This document shows positions 27,414-39,853 of a stretch of DNA of 64,000 nt, in pieces; within the stretch, counting starts at the first letter, position 1, and each line of letters begins with the position of its first letter. Origin of the DNA: Anaeromyxobacteraceae bacterium (lineage in GTDB: Bacteria; Myxococcota; Myxococcia; Myxococcales; Anaeromyxobacteraceae); assembly GCA_032654565.1 (NCBI GenBank), contig JAULAX010000009.1, positions 96,001-160,000 of the forward strand. Reading direction: 5' to 3'. A program made the position numbers and the translations under genes. Under the pieces are notes generated by a model. That model was not told the origin of the DNA and did not search any database. It worked only from the letters and a program-made list of their open reading frames with translations.

Positions 27414-29246
27414 CTACACCGAGAGGCGCGCCGAGTCGTGGCGCGTCAGGTATTCCATGATGGCGCGGGTGACCACGATGGAGGTGAACAGCGAGGCGAC
27501 CAGGCCGATGGTGAGGGTCACGGCGAAGCCGCGGACCGGGCCTGAGCCGTACTGCATGAGCACGAAGGCCGCGACCAGCGCGGTGACGTGCGAGTCGACG
27601 ATGGTCCAGAAGACCCGGTCGTAGCCCTGCTGGACCGACTGCTTGACGGTCCGGCCGGCGCGCATCTCCTCGCGGATGCGCTCGTTGATGAGCACGTTGG
27701 CGTCCACCGCCATGCCCAGGGTCAGCACGAAGCCGGCGATGCCCGGCAGCGTCAGGGTGGTGCCGATCATCGACATGATGGCCAGCACCAGCAGGCCGTT
27801 GAGCGTCAGGGCCACGTCGGCCACCAGGCCGGAGACCCGGTAGTAGAGGGCCATGAACACCAGCACCATCCCCAGGCCGACCAGCGCCGCCAGGGTGCCC
27901 TTCTTGACCAGCTCGGGCCCCAGGGTGGCGCCCACGGTCCGCTCCTCGAAGATGGTGACCGGGGCCGGCAGGGCGCCGGCCTTGAGGACCAGGGCGATGG
28001 CGTTGGCCTCCTCGAACTGCTCCTGGTAGCTGCGCCCGGAGCCGAGCGAGATCTGGCCGCTGGTGGAGATGTGCCCCTGGATGTAGGGCGCGGTCTCCAC
28101 CTTGTCGTCGAGCACGGTGGCCATGCGGCGGTGGAGGTTCTCGGTGGTGAGCTTCTCCATCAGCCGGGCGCCGTCCGGCGACATGGTGAAGCTGACCACC
28201 GGCTTGCCGCCGCCGGGCGAGCTGTTGTCGACCGAGGCCCGGGCGTCGGCGATGTAGTCGCCGGTCAGCTCGGTCTTGGAGCGGAGCAGGAAGGTCCGGT
28301 AGTAGGTCTGCCGGCCCATCTCCCGGTTCACCACCACCTCGCCGATGCCGACCGAGTTCTTGCCGGCCTCGAGGAGCGGGCCGAGCTTCCCGGCGATGAC
28401 CGCCTCCAGCTCGGTGCGCTTGGTGGCCACCACCAGGGTCGACTGGCGCTGGCCGCCGTTGGGCATGTCCAGGCTCTCCACCGTCCAGCAGCCCCCCTCG
28501 GGGAGCGGGAAGGTCAGGCCGTCGCGGGTGAAGGGGCAGGCGGTGAGCTGGGCCTGGACGGCGTCGAAGGCGGCGTTCTCGTCGTCGCAGATCTTGAACT
28601 CGAGCTGGGCGGTGCGGCCCAGCAGGTCCTTGGCCTTCTCCGGGTCCTTGAAGCCGGGGAGCTGGATCTGGATCTGGTTGTTGGCCTTGCGCTTGATGTC
28701 CGGCTCGCTGACGCCCCACTTGTCGACGCGGTTGCGGATGGTCTTCTCGGCCTGCTCGACGGCCTTGGACTTGAACTCGCGCAGCACCTGGTCCTTGAAG
28801 GCGAAGAGGACCTGGCCGGCGGGGGCGCCGCCCGGCGCGTAGATCTCGGCGTCGTAGAAGTCGAGCGTCACCTTCTCGGCGTCGGCCGGGGCGGTGGTGG
28901 TCACGGCGACCCGCAGCCCGGTGGCGTCCGGGGCCACGGCGGTGAACGGCACCGACTTCTCCTTGAGGTGGTCGGCGATCTCGTCGGCGCGCCGCGCCAC
29001 CTTGGCCTTGACCGCCCGGTCGACGTCGACGCCCAGGGCCAGGTGGATGCCGCCCTGCAGGTCGAGGCCGAGGTTGAGGTGCTTCCTCGCGTCGGGGGCC
29101 CAGCCGGGCACCGACCTGTCGTAGGCCTCGGTGTTCCGAACCTCCGGCGAGAGCTTGAAGTAGTGGAAGCTGGGCACCAGCTGCCAGAGCGACCAGACCG
29201 CCACCACCGCGATCAGCGCGACGCGGCTATACCAGGCGCGTTCCAT
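27414..29246 (-). CDS. secD: Protein translocase subunit SecD
   Basis: LGLDLQGG, GALPAP, LTLPGIAG, GMAVDANVLI.ERIREE. Confidence 0.97.
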   Translation of the reverse strand: MERAWYSRVALIAVVAVWSLWQLVPSFHYFKLSPEVRNTEAYDRSVPGWAPDARKHLNLGLDLQGGIHLALGVDVDRAVKAKVARRADEIADHLKEKSVPFTAVAPDATGLRVAVTTTAPADAEKVTLDFYDAEIYAPGGAPAGQVLFAFKDQVLREFKSKAVEQAEKTIRNRVDKWGVSEPDIKRKANNQIQIQLPGFKDPEKAKDLLGRTAQLEFKICDDENAAFDAVQAQLTACPFTRDGLTFPLPEGGCWTVESLDMPNGGQRQSTLVVATKRTELEAVIAGKLGPLLEAGKNSVGIGEVVVNREMGRQTYYRTFLLRSKTELTGDYIADARASVDNSSPGGGKPVVSFTMSPDGARLMEKLTTENLHRRMATVLDDKVETAPYIQGHISTSGQISLGSGRSYQEQFEEANAIALVLKAGALPAPVTIFEERTVGATLGPELVKKGTLAALVGLGMVLVFMALYYRVSGLVADVALTLNGLLVLAIMSMIGTTLTLPGIAGFVLTLGMAVDANVLINERIREEMRAGRTVKQSVQQGYDRVFWTIVDSHVTALVAAFVLMQYGSGPVRGFAVTLTIGLVASLFTSIVVTRAIMEYLTRHDSARLSV

Positions 29247-29594
29247 CTACTTCTTCTCGGGCTTGGCGGGCGCGGCGACCGGCTTCTCCACCCAGGCGCC
29301 GATGACGTTGGCCTTGAGGACGCGCACCTTGGTGCCGGCGCCGACGTCGAGGGTCACGGTCCGATCCTCGACCTGGTAGACCGTCCCCAGCAGGCCGCCC
29401 TGGGTGACCACCTCGTCACCCCGCTTCAGCCCGGCCAGGAGCGCCTGGTGCTCCTTGGCCTGCTTCTGCTGCGGCCGGATCATCAGGAAGTAGAAGACCA
29501 GGCCCATGAGGCCGAGCGGGACCAGCATGCTGGTCAGGCTCTGGGTCTGCCCCTCGGCGGTCTGGGCGAGGAAGGCGTGGAGGACGGAAGGCAT
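29247..29594 (-). CDS. yajC: Preprotein translocase subunit YajC
   Basis: FYFLMIRPQQK, GDEVVTQGG; conserved position between tgt and secD. Confidence 0.95.
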   Translation of the reverse strand: MPSVLHAFLAQTAEGQTQSLTSMLVPLGLMGLVFYFLMIRPQQKQAKEHQALLAGLKRGDEVVTQGGLLGTVYQVEDRTVTLDVGAGTKVRVLKANVIGAWVEKPVAAPAKPEKK

Positions 29595-29668
29595 GGCTGC
29601 TCCGGGAGGTGTGTGAAAAGGCGCCGATTTCTAACAGCAATCTCTCGTCGAGGGCAACCGCTAATGGG

Positions 29669-32634
<2,966 letters not shown>

Positions 32635-32655
32635 CGGACGCTGTGTAGCACGGGT

Positions 32656-33756
32656 TCAGTAGAGCCTGGTCAGCTCCGTCCCCGGGTAGTAGAGCCGCAG
32701 GATGTCGCGGTAGCCCTTCCCTTCCCGGGCCAGGCCGGCGGCCCCCCACTGGCAGAGCCCGGCGCCGTGCCCCTGCCCCCGCCCGGTGAAGGTGAAGCTG
32801 CCCCCGCGCTCCTTGACCTCGAAGGCCAGCGACGGCAGCTTGCTCCAGCCCAGCCGCTGGCGCAGGTCGGTCGCCGCCAGCACCAGCCGCTGGCCGCCCG
32901 CCTGGAGCTCCACCCGGGAGGCGCGCCCGGAGGCGGTCGTCTCCGTCACCTTGAGCGAGGTGACCGGGCCGGACAGCCCCAGCGCCTTGCCCAGCTCGGC
33001 GCCGCTGCGGCCGAAGCTCCAGCGGGCCCCGGGGGCCTCGTTGCAGTGGCCGCAGGGGACCGAGGCCAGGTAGGGCAGGTCTCGCCCCAGCGCGTCGAGC
33101 CCCCGCTCGGTCCGCCCGCCGCAGGCGGAGTGGAAGAAGGCCTCGACCGGCTCGTTGCCGCGGACCAGCACCTCGCCGCGGGTGGCGTCGGCGGCGGCGC
33201 GCGCCGCGGGGTTGGGGGCGGCTCCGGCGTAGACCTGGGAGAGGACGTTGGCGCCGAGGTGGAAGGAGCGGCCGGCCACCTCGGCCTCGATCTTCTTCAC
33301 CAGCGCGTAGGTGCGGGCCGCCACCGCCTGGGCCTTCTGGGCCTCGGCGGGGAAGCTGGCCGGCAGCTCGCCGGAGAGGACCCCGGCCACGTAGTCGTCG
33401 AGCGGCAGCTCCTCGATGAGCCGCAGGCCGGCGGCGGCCCGCTCCACCACCGCCACCGTGGAGAGGACCCGGTCGCCCATGCGCAGCGGCCGGGGCGCGA
33501 CGATCACCGCCACCGGCCCGGTGTCGAGGCCGCCCACCCGCAGCCCGTCGCCGCGGGGCGCCACCTCCACGCTGGTCCCCGGGAGCGGCCGGGCCGGCGG
33601 CTCCTCCTGCCCCTCCTCGACCGGCGCCCGGAGCGTGAGCCGCTCGCCCTGGAGCCTGACGCTGGCCAGCCCCTCGGCCACCACCACGCGGATCAGCTCC
33701 TCGGCGCGGGCCGGGAGCGCGGCCAGCAGCAGCAGGGCCAGGAGGCGGAGGGGCAC
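32656..33756 (-). CDS. SpoIID/LytB domain lytic transglycosylase-like protein
   Basis: KAQAVAARTY, QVY.G, GHG.GLCQWGA, IL..YYPG. Confidence 0.92.
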   Translation of the reverse strand: MPLRLLALLLLAALPARAEELIRVVVAEGLASVRLQGERLTLRAPVEEGQEEPPARPLPGTSVEVAPRGDGLRVGGLDTGPVAVIVAPRPLRMGDRVLSTVAVVERAAAGLRLIEELPLDDYVAGVLSGELPASFPAEAQKAQAVAARTYALVKKIEAEVAGRSFHLGANVLSQVYAGAAPNPAARAAADATRGEVLVRGNEPVEAFFHSACGGRTERGLDALGRDLPYLASVPCGHCNEAPGARWSFGRSGAELGKALGLSGPVTSLKVTETTASGRASRVELQAGGQRLVLAATDLRQRLGWSKLPSLAFEVKERGGSFTFTGRGQGHGAGLCQWGAAGLAREGKGYRDILRLYYPGTELTRLY

Positions 33757-33860
33757 CGGGGGATTGTCGGGGCGGCGGGCGCCCCCGTCCAGCGGACGTC
33801 TCCCCTCCGGCGGCCCGCCGGCGGCATGGCCCGGGGGGCGGCGGCGCGGTACAAGGTCGG

Positions 33861-34481
33861 GTGGCCGCCCTCCAGTGGATCCTCGACCTGCTCCGCAACC
33901 CCGGCGAGATCATCGTCTGGGGCGGCTACCCGGCGCTCGCCGCCATCGTCTTCCTCGAGACCGGGGCCATGGTCTTCTTCCTCCCCGGCGACTCGCTGCT
34001 GGTCATGGCCGGGCTCTACGCGGCCAAGGGCGACCTCGACATCCTGGTGCTCAACGGCCTGCTCATCCCCCTGGCCATCGCCGGCGACGCCACCTCCTAC
34101 TGGATCGGCACCCGCGCCGGGCCGCACCTCTTCAACCGGCCGCGCTCCCGCTTCTTCCGCCCCGAGCACATCCGGGCGGCCCACGAGTTCTACGAGCGGC
34201 ACGGCGGCAAGGCCATCATCCTCGCCCGCTTCATGCCGCTGGTCCGCACCTTCGTCCCGGTGGTGGCCGGCATCGGCGGCATGAGCTACCGGCGCTTCGC
34301 CGCCTTCAACGTGGTCGGCGCCACCGCCTGGGTGGCCTCGATGACGCTGACCGGCTACGTGCTGGGCAGCCGCTTCCCGCTGCTGGTGCAGCACATCGAG
34401 AAGGTGATCATCGTGGTGGTGGTGCTCTCCATCCTGCCCGGCGTCTTCGAGTGGTGGAAGGCGCGGCGGCGGGCGGTCTAG
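33861..34481 (+). CDS. DedA/VTT domain membrane protein
   Basis: FLETG..FFLPGDSLL, ARF.P.VRTF.P.VAG. Confidence 0.92.
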   Translation: MAALQWILDLLRNPGEIIVWGGYPALAAIVFLETGAMVFFLPGDSLLVMAGLYAAKGDLDILVLNGLLIPLAIAGDATSYWIGTRAGPHLFNRPRSRFFRPEHIRAAHEFYERHGGKAIILARFMPLVRTFVPVVAGIGGMSYRRFAAFNVVGATAWVASMTLTGYVLGSRFPLLVQHIEKVIIVVVVLSILPGVFEWWKARRRAV

Positions 34482-36319
34482 CGGGCCGGCGCCTCGTTGG
34501 CGGCGCCCAGCAGCAGCGGGATGCGGACGCCGATCATCTCCCCCTCGAAGGGCGGGAAGAGCAGCCGGGTGGCCGCGCGGCGCAGGCAGGCCCCCAGCGG
34601 AGAGGCCTCGATGTCCGCCTCCTCCACCTCGGAGGCCTCGACCAGGCCGCCGTTGCCGACGAAGACCAGCAGCGCCACCTTCCGGCCCGCCAGGGCGTCT
34701 CCGCCCGGCGCGCTGCGGGCGCCCTCCATGCACCGGTCGAAGGCGACCCGTTGCCGGTTGATGGCCACCTGGACGGCGGCGGGAGACATCCCCTTGCCTG
34801 CGGCCGCCGGGGGGGCGGCCGGGGCGCGAGCGGGGGCCGGGGCCGGCGCCGGCGTGACCGCCGGGGCGGCCACCGGGGCGGGGGGCGCGGCCGCCACGGG
34901 AGCGGGGGGCGGGGCCGGCGCGGCCACCTTCGGCTCCGCGGGACCCTTCACGGCGGGCCTGGCCTCCTCCTTCGCGGCCGCGGCGGGGGCCCGGACCCTG
35001 GGCGCGGGGGCTGGCCTGGCCTCGCCGCGCTTCGGCGCGGGCGGCGCGACCTTGACCAGCGGTGGCTCGACCGCTGCGACCTTGACCGGCGGTGGCTCCA
35101 CCGCGGCGACCTTCACCGGCGGTGGCTCGACCGGCGCGACCTTGACCGGCGGTGGCTCGGCCGCCGCCACCTTGACCGGCGGTGGCTCCACCGCAGCGAC
35201 CTTCGCCAATGGTGGCTCGACCGGCGCAGGGCTGGGGCTCGGAGGCTTCGCTGGCCTCGGCGGCTCGACGGGCGGGGGAACCTCCGCCAGCTCGGGGGGG
35301 ACGACCCGGAGCCTGGGGGGCGGGGCGGCCGGCTCACCGGTCAGGAACATGACGGACCCGACCAGCGTCACCAGCGAGGCGATCCCGGCCACACCCCAGA
35401 GGAGACCGCGCAGCCGCGCCGAGGCCACGGCCGGACCAGCGCCGGGTCCGGCCGGCGCCAACGGAGCGGCCTCCTCCGGGAGCGGCGGGAGCCGGATCGG
35501 CTCGATGACCGTCGGCTCCGACGCCGACCTCTCGTCCGGGTCCTCGGCCTCGCCGGGGGCGGAGAGCTCCAGGGCGGGAGGCGGAGGCGGGATCGGGCCC
35601 GCCGGCGTGAAGCGTGGCGGGGGCGCCGGGAGCGGCAGCGTCGGCGCCCGGGGCGCAGGCGGCGGAGGAGCTGGGAGCGGGGTCGGCAGCGACGGGCGCG
35701 CCGGTGCCGAGAAGGGAAGCGTGGTCGGCGGCGACGGGCGCGCCGGTGCCGAGAAGGGGAGCGTGGTCGCCCGGGGCGGCGACGGGAGCGGGACCGGCGG
35801 CGTGAGGCGCGCCGGCTCCGGGAGCGGCGGCTTCGCCCAGGGAGGTGCCGGCAGCGGGTTCGGCGGGGTGAGGCGCGCCGGCTCCGGGAGCGGCGTGGTC
35901 GCCCGGGGTGGTGGCGGTGGCGGCGCGGGCGGCGCCGGCAGCGGGACCGGCGTCAGCCGACCGGTGCCGGGCGGGGACGCCTGGGCCTTCACCGGCTGCA
36001 GCGGCGTGGTCCGGGGCGGTGGGAAGGCGAAGGGCTGGGTCCGGGGTGGCGGCGCCGGGAGCGGGATCGACGGCGTCTGGACGGTCCGCGCCGCCGGCAG
36101 CGGCAGGGTCGACGCCGGGCTCCGGGTGGCCGGCGCCGGTGGCGCCAGCCAGGTCGGCGACGCCGGCTCCCGCGCCACGGCCTCGGGGGTCGATCCCGCG
36201 GCCGGCGTCTCGACGCGGATCACGGTCCCGCAGTTGCAGCGGTGACGATAGACGCGACCGGGCTGCGGCTCGGCCGCGCTCGTGTAGCGCCGTCCACATT
36301 GCTGGCAGGCGAACCGCAC
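34478..36319 (-). CDS. Zinc-ribbon / Pro-rich linker / TM / AgmX-PglI-like C-terminal domain protein
   Basis: N-terminal CQQC..CNC, long Pro-rich repeats, one TM (LLWGVAG...VMFL), C-terminal TonB-like domain with two Cys and FPPF.G. Confidence 0.7.
   Translation of the reverse strand: MRFACQQCGRRYTSAAEPQPGRVYRHRCNCGTVIRVETPAAGSTPEAVAREPASPTWLAPPAPATRSPASTLPLPAARTVQTPSIPLPAPPPRTQPFAFPPPRTTPLQPVKAQASPPGTGRLTPVPLPAPPAPPPPPPRATTPLPEPARLTPPNPLPAPPWAKPPLPEPARLTPPVPLPSPPRATTLPFSAPARPSPPTTLPFSAPARPSLPTPLPAPPPPAPRAPTLPLPAPPPRFTPAGPIPPPPPALELSAPGEAEDPDERSASEPTVIEPIRLPPLPEEAAPLAPAGPGAGPAVASARLRGLLWGVAGIASLVTLVGSVMFLTGEPAAPPPRLRVVPPELAEVPPPVEPPRPAKPPSPSPAPVEPPLAKVAAVEPPPVKVAAAEPPPVKVAPVEPPPVKVAAVEPPPVKVAAVEPPLVKVAPPAPKRGEARPAPAPRVRAPAAAAKEEARPAVKGPAEPKVAAPAPPPAPVAAAPPAPVAAPAVTPAPAPAPARAPAAPPAAAGKGMSPAAVQVAINRQRVAFDRCMEGARSAPGGDALAGRKVALLVFVGNGGLVEASEVEEADIEASPLGACLRRAATRLLFPPFEGEMIGVRIPLLLGAANEAPAR
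35046..35223. repeat. 30-bp coding tandem repeat, about 6 copies (VEPPPVKVAA)
   Basis: GC(G/C)ACCTT recurs at 35046, 35076, 35106, 35136, 35166 and 35196. Confidence 0.9.
35689..35769. repeat. 42-bp coding tandem repeat, 2 copies (TTLPFSAPARPS)
   Basis: GCGACGGGCGCGCCGGTGCCGAGAAGGG at 35689 and 35731. Confidence 0.85.
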
Positions 36320-36333
36320 CGGTGCAGACTACC

Positions 36334-37524
36334 CTAGCTCGGCGCCGTTCGCCCACCGTACCAGCGATCGTCGTAGCCGCAGGCCAGGTCCACCCCCGGT
36401 GGATCGGGGTAGAAGACCGGCGCCCCGGCGTGGCTCATCAGCCAGGTACCACGCACTCCGCGCTCCACCGCCTGCCCCAGCCCGGCGCCGGAACCGCCCA
36501 CCACGTAATCGGGCGCTATCGTCACCTTCCCGCCCCCATCGGGGAGGTCCACGGCCAGGTGCGGGAGCGCCAGGCCGCTCACCTTCCCGCGCAGCTGGCG
36601 CAGCAGGTCGGCGCCGGCGGCCAGCGGCGTGCGCAGGTGGGCGGTCCCCTCCACCAGGTCGCCCTGGTGCAGGTAGAGGCTGCGGACCCGCCGCGCCAGC
36701 AGTCCGGTGAAGAGGTCGCCGAGCAGCCGCGCCGTGGAGTTGAGGCCGCGCAGCAGCACCGCCTGGTTCTCCACCGGCACGCCGCCGTCCACCAGGCGGG
36801 CGCAGGCCTCGCCGGCCTCCGGCGTCAGCTCCTTGGGGTGGTTGAAGTGGGTGATGACGAAGAGCGGGGCGTGGCGGCGGAGCAGCCGCACCAGGGCGTC
36901 GTCGACCCGCATGGGGAGGACCACCGGGGCCCGGGTGGCCAGCCGAAGCACCTCGAGGTGGGGGATGGCGCGCAGCGGGCCGAGGATGGACGCCAGCCGC
37001 TCGTCGGAGAGGACGCCGGGGTCGCCGCCGGAGACGATCACCTCGCGCAGCTCCGGCTGCCCGGCGATCCAGGCGATCCCCTCCTCGACGGCGGCGCGGT
37101 CGAAGGCCCCCTCCTCGCCGCCGGTGATGCGGCGGCGGGTGCAGTGGCGGCAGTAGACCGGGCAGGTGTCGGTGACCAGCAGCAGGGCGCGGTCCGGGTA
37201 CTTGCGCACCACCGCCCGCACCGGCCGGTGCGGCTCCTCGCCGGTGGGGTCGCGCTGGTCCCCGGCGGCGGCCGCGCCCTCCTCGCCGAGCGGGATGGCC
37301 TGGCGGCGCACCGGGCAGGCCGGGTGGGAGGGATCCATGAGCGCCGCGTAGTAGGGGGTCACCGCCGTGCGCAGGCCACCGAGCGCCAGGCCGCGCCGCT
37401 CCCCGTCGGTGAGCGCCACCAGCCGCCCCAGCTCCTCGCCGGTCCGCAGCGCGTGGCGCAGCTGCCAGCGCCAGTCGCGCCAGTCGGCCTCGCTCACACC
37501 GGGGAATCTCTCGCGCCAGTCCAT
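36334..37524 (-). CDS. KamA family radical SAM protein (lysine 2,3-aminomutase-like), paralog B
   Basis: W.DWRWQ, YPDR, CPVYCRHCTRRR, SGGDP, HFNHPKE, NQ.VLL, GGGK (PLP Lys). ATG at 37524. Confidence 0.9.
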   Translation of the reverse strand: MDWRERFPGVSEADWRDWRWQLRHALRTGEELGRLVALTDGERRGLALGGLRTAVTPYYAALMDPSHPACPVRRQAIPLGEEGAAAAGDQRDPTGEEPHRPVRAVVRKYPDRALLLVTDTCPVYCRHCTRRRITGGEEGAFDRAAVEEGIAWIAGQPELREVIVSGGDPGVLSDERLASILGPLRAIPHLEVLRLATRAPVVLPMRVDDALVRLLRRHAPLFVITHFNHPKELTPEAGEACARLVDGGVPVENQAVLLRGLNSTARLLGDLFTGLLARRVRSLYLHQGDLVEGTAHLRTPLAAGADLLRQLRGKVSGLALPHLAVDLPDGGGKVTIAPDYVVGGSGAGLGQAVERGVRGTWLMSHAGAPVFYPDPPGVDLACGYDDRWYGGRTAPS

Positions 37525-37690
37525 CGCAGGTGGCGCGACCGGTACCACGGGACGCGGCGGCGCGGAAGCTCGCGGCCGCGCCCCGCCGGGTCGAACCGGC
37601 CGGCCACCCGCCCCCGGGACGTGGCACACTCCGCGCCGTCGACATAGGTTCTGGCTGTCCGGGCTCGACTCCCGGAGAGGAGCGTGCGAG

Positions 37691-38902
37691 ATGGCGAGCA
37701 TCCCCGACGTGGCCGCACCGGTCAGCGCACCGGCCCCGACACCGACCCCCGCCCCGGCGCCGGCTCCGGTGCCCATCAACCACGTCCGCTCCCGCTTCCC
37801 CTACGCCGCCCGCTCCATCTGGAAGGGCGTCCCCGAGGCCCAGTGGAACGACTGGCACTGGCAGCAGCGCGAGCGGGTCACCTCGCTGGAGCAGCTCGAC
37901 CGGGTCATCCAGCTCACCGACGACGAGCGGCGGGCGGTCATCGAGGCCGACGCCCAGTTCCACATGGGCATCACCCCCTACTACGCCGCCCTGATGGACC
38001 CGCAGGACCCCACCTGCCCGGTGCGGCTGCAGTCGGTGCCGACCATGGGGGAGCTCACCTACACCGCCGCCGACCTGGAGGATCCGCTGGCCGAGGAGCG
38101 GGACATGCCGGTGCCCGGCATCACCCACCGCTACCCGGACCGGGTCCTCTTCTACACCACGCACAACTGCCCGGTGTACTGCCGCCACTGCACCCGCAAG
38201 CGCAAGGTGGCCGACCCCAGCAGCGCCGCCGCCAAGAGCCAGATCGAGCAGAGCCTGGCCTACATCGCGCTCCACACCGAGATCCGCGACGTGGTCATCT
38301 CCGGCGGCGACCCGCTCTCGCTCTCCGACGACCGGCTCGACGACATCCTCGGCCGGCTGCGGGCCATCCCCCACGTCGAGATCTTCCGGCTGGGGACGCG
38401 CAACCTGGTGACCCTGCCGCAGCGGATCACCGACGACCTGGTGCAGATGCTCAAGAAGCACCAGCCGGTCTACGTCAACACCCACTTCAACCACCCCCGC
38501 GAGTGCACCGGCGAGGCCTTCGACGCCGCCCGCCGCCTCGCCGACGCCGGCTGCGTCATCGGCAACCAGATGGTGCTGCTCAAGGGGATCAACGACGACC
38601 CGCGCATCGTCAAGGAGCTGAACCACAAGCTGCTGATGATGCGCATCCGCCCCTACTACATCTACCAGTGCGACCTGGCCCGGGGCATCAGCCACTTCCG
38701 CACCCCCATCGAAGCGGGGCGGCGCATCATCCGCTCGCTGCGCGGCCACACCAGCGGCATGGCCGTCCCCTACTTCGTGGTCGACGCCCCGCAGGGCGGC
38801 GGCAAGATCCCGGTCAACCCCGACTACGTGGTGCGCCACGAGGGGAAGCGCTGGGTGCTGCGCAACTTCGCCGGCAAGGAGTTCACCTACGACGAGCCGT
38901 GA
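37691..38902 (+). CDS. kamA: KamA family radical SAM protein (lysine 2,3-aminomutase-like), paralog A
   Basis: THRYPDRVL, CPVYCRHCTRKR, YYIYQCDL, GHTSG, VDAPQGGGKIP. ATG at 37691 after a GAGGAG RBS. Confidence 0.9.
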   Translation: MASIPDVAAPVSAPAPTPTPAPAPAPVPINHVRSRFPYAARSIWKGVPEAQWNDWHWQQRERVTSLEQLDRVIQLTDDERRAVIEADAQFHMGITPYYAALMDPQDPTCPVRLQSVPTMGELTYTAADLEDPLAEERDMPVPGITHRYPDRVLFYTTHNCPVYCRHCTRKRKVADPSSAAAKSQIEQSLAYIALHTEIRDVVISGGDPLSLSDDRLDDILGRLRAIPHVEIFRLGTRNLVTLPQRITDDLVQMLKKHQPVYVNTHFNHPRECTGEAFDAARRLADAGCVIGNQMVLLKGINDDPRIVKELNHKLLMMRIRPYYIYQCDLARGISHFRTPIEAGRRIIRSLRGHTSGMAVPYFVVDAPQGGGKIPVNPDYVVRHEGKRWVLRNFAGKEFTYDEP

Positions 38903-38947
38903 GGGCGGCGGGCGCTCCCGGCCCGGCGACGGCGGGGGCCCGGCGGC

Positions 38948-39421
38948 TCACGCCCCGGCCGGGGGCGGCGCGCCCCACATCGCCTCGATCACCTTGCGGC
39001 GGTGCTCGAAGATGGTCTCCACCTGGCGGCGCACCAGCAGCACCCGGGCCAGCTCGCCCAGCGGGCCGAAGGGGAGCTGGTACTCCACCCGGTCGCCGAT
39101 GAGCGTGCCGCCCGGGGCGTCGGCGAAGGTGTGGGTGTGGTGCCAGCGGCGGTAGGGGCCGCGCCGCTGCACGTCGACGAAGCGGACGCCCGGCTCGTAG
39201 ACCTCGATCTCGGTCCGCCAGCGGAAGCCCACCCCGAAGAGCGAGAGCCGGTAGTCGATGAGCGCCCCCGGCCGCAGCGCGATGGGGGCCGGGGTGAGGA
39301 TCTGGAAGTGCAGGAAGCCGGGGGTGAGCCGCTCCAGGTTGTGGGCGTCGGCGAAGAACTCGAAGACCTCGGCGCGGGGGCGCGGGACCAGCTGGGTCCG
39401 CTCCAGCAGGTGGATGGCCAT
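38948..39421 (-). CDS. SRPBCC family protein
   Basis: EVF.FF....NL..LTP, F.D.Q.RGPY..W.H.H, D.VEY.LP.G. Confidence 0.88.
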   Translation of the reverse strand: MAIHLLERTQLVPRPRAEVFEFFADAHNLERLTPGFLHFQILTPAPIALRPGALIDYRLSLFGVGFRWRTEIEVYEPGVRFVDVQRRGPYRRWHHTHTFADAPGGTLIGDRVEYQLPFGPLGELARVLLVRRQVETIFEHRRKVIEAMWGAPPPAGA

Positions 39422-39425
39422 GTCG

Positions 39426-39830
39426 CTAGATCACGGCCACGGCGTCGATCTCGACCCGGGCCCCCCGCGGCAGCCCCGCCACCTGCACGGTGGCCCGGGC
39501 CGGCGGGGTGGCGGTGAAGGAGCGCCCGTAGACCTCGTTCATCCTGGCGAAGTCGGCCAGGTCGGTCAGGTAGACGGTGGTCTTCACCACCTGCGCGAAG
39601 CCGCCGCCGCTGGCGGCCAGCACCGCCTCCAGGTTCTTCATCACCCGCTCCGTCTCCTCCTCGATGGTCCCCTTCACCAGCTCGCCGGTCTTCGGGTCCA
39701 GCGGGATCTGGCCGGAGAGGAAGACCAGCGCCCCGGGCGAGCGCCCCGGCGGGTCGGTGCGGACCAGGGTGGCCTGGCTGTAGGGGCCGATGGCCCGGGG
39801 CGCGTCGCTGGTGGAGATGGCCTCGTGCAT
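39426..39830 (-). CDS. ridA: RidA/YjgF family enamine deaminase
   Basis: AP.AIGPYSQA, SGQIP, VVKTTV.L, PARA.V.V..LP...VEI. ATG at 39830. Confidence 0.93.
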   Translation of the reverse strand: MHEAISTSDAPRAIGPYSQATLVRTDPPGRSPGALVFLSGQIPLDPKTGELVKGTIEEETERVMKNLEAVLAASGGGFAQVVKTTVYLTDLADFARMNEVYGRSFTATPPARATVQVAGLPRGARVEIDAVAVI

Positions 39831-39853
39831 GGTGCTCCTCGGTTGGGCGCCGC

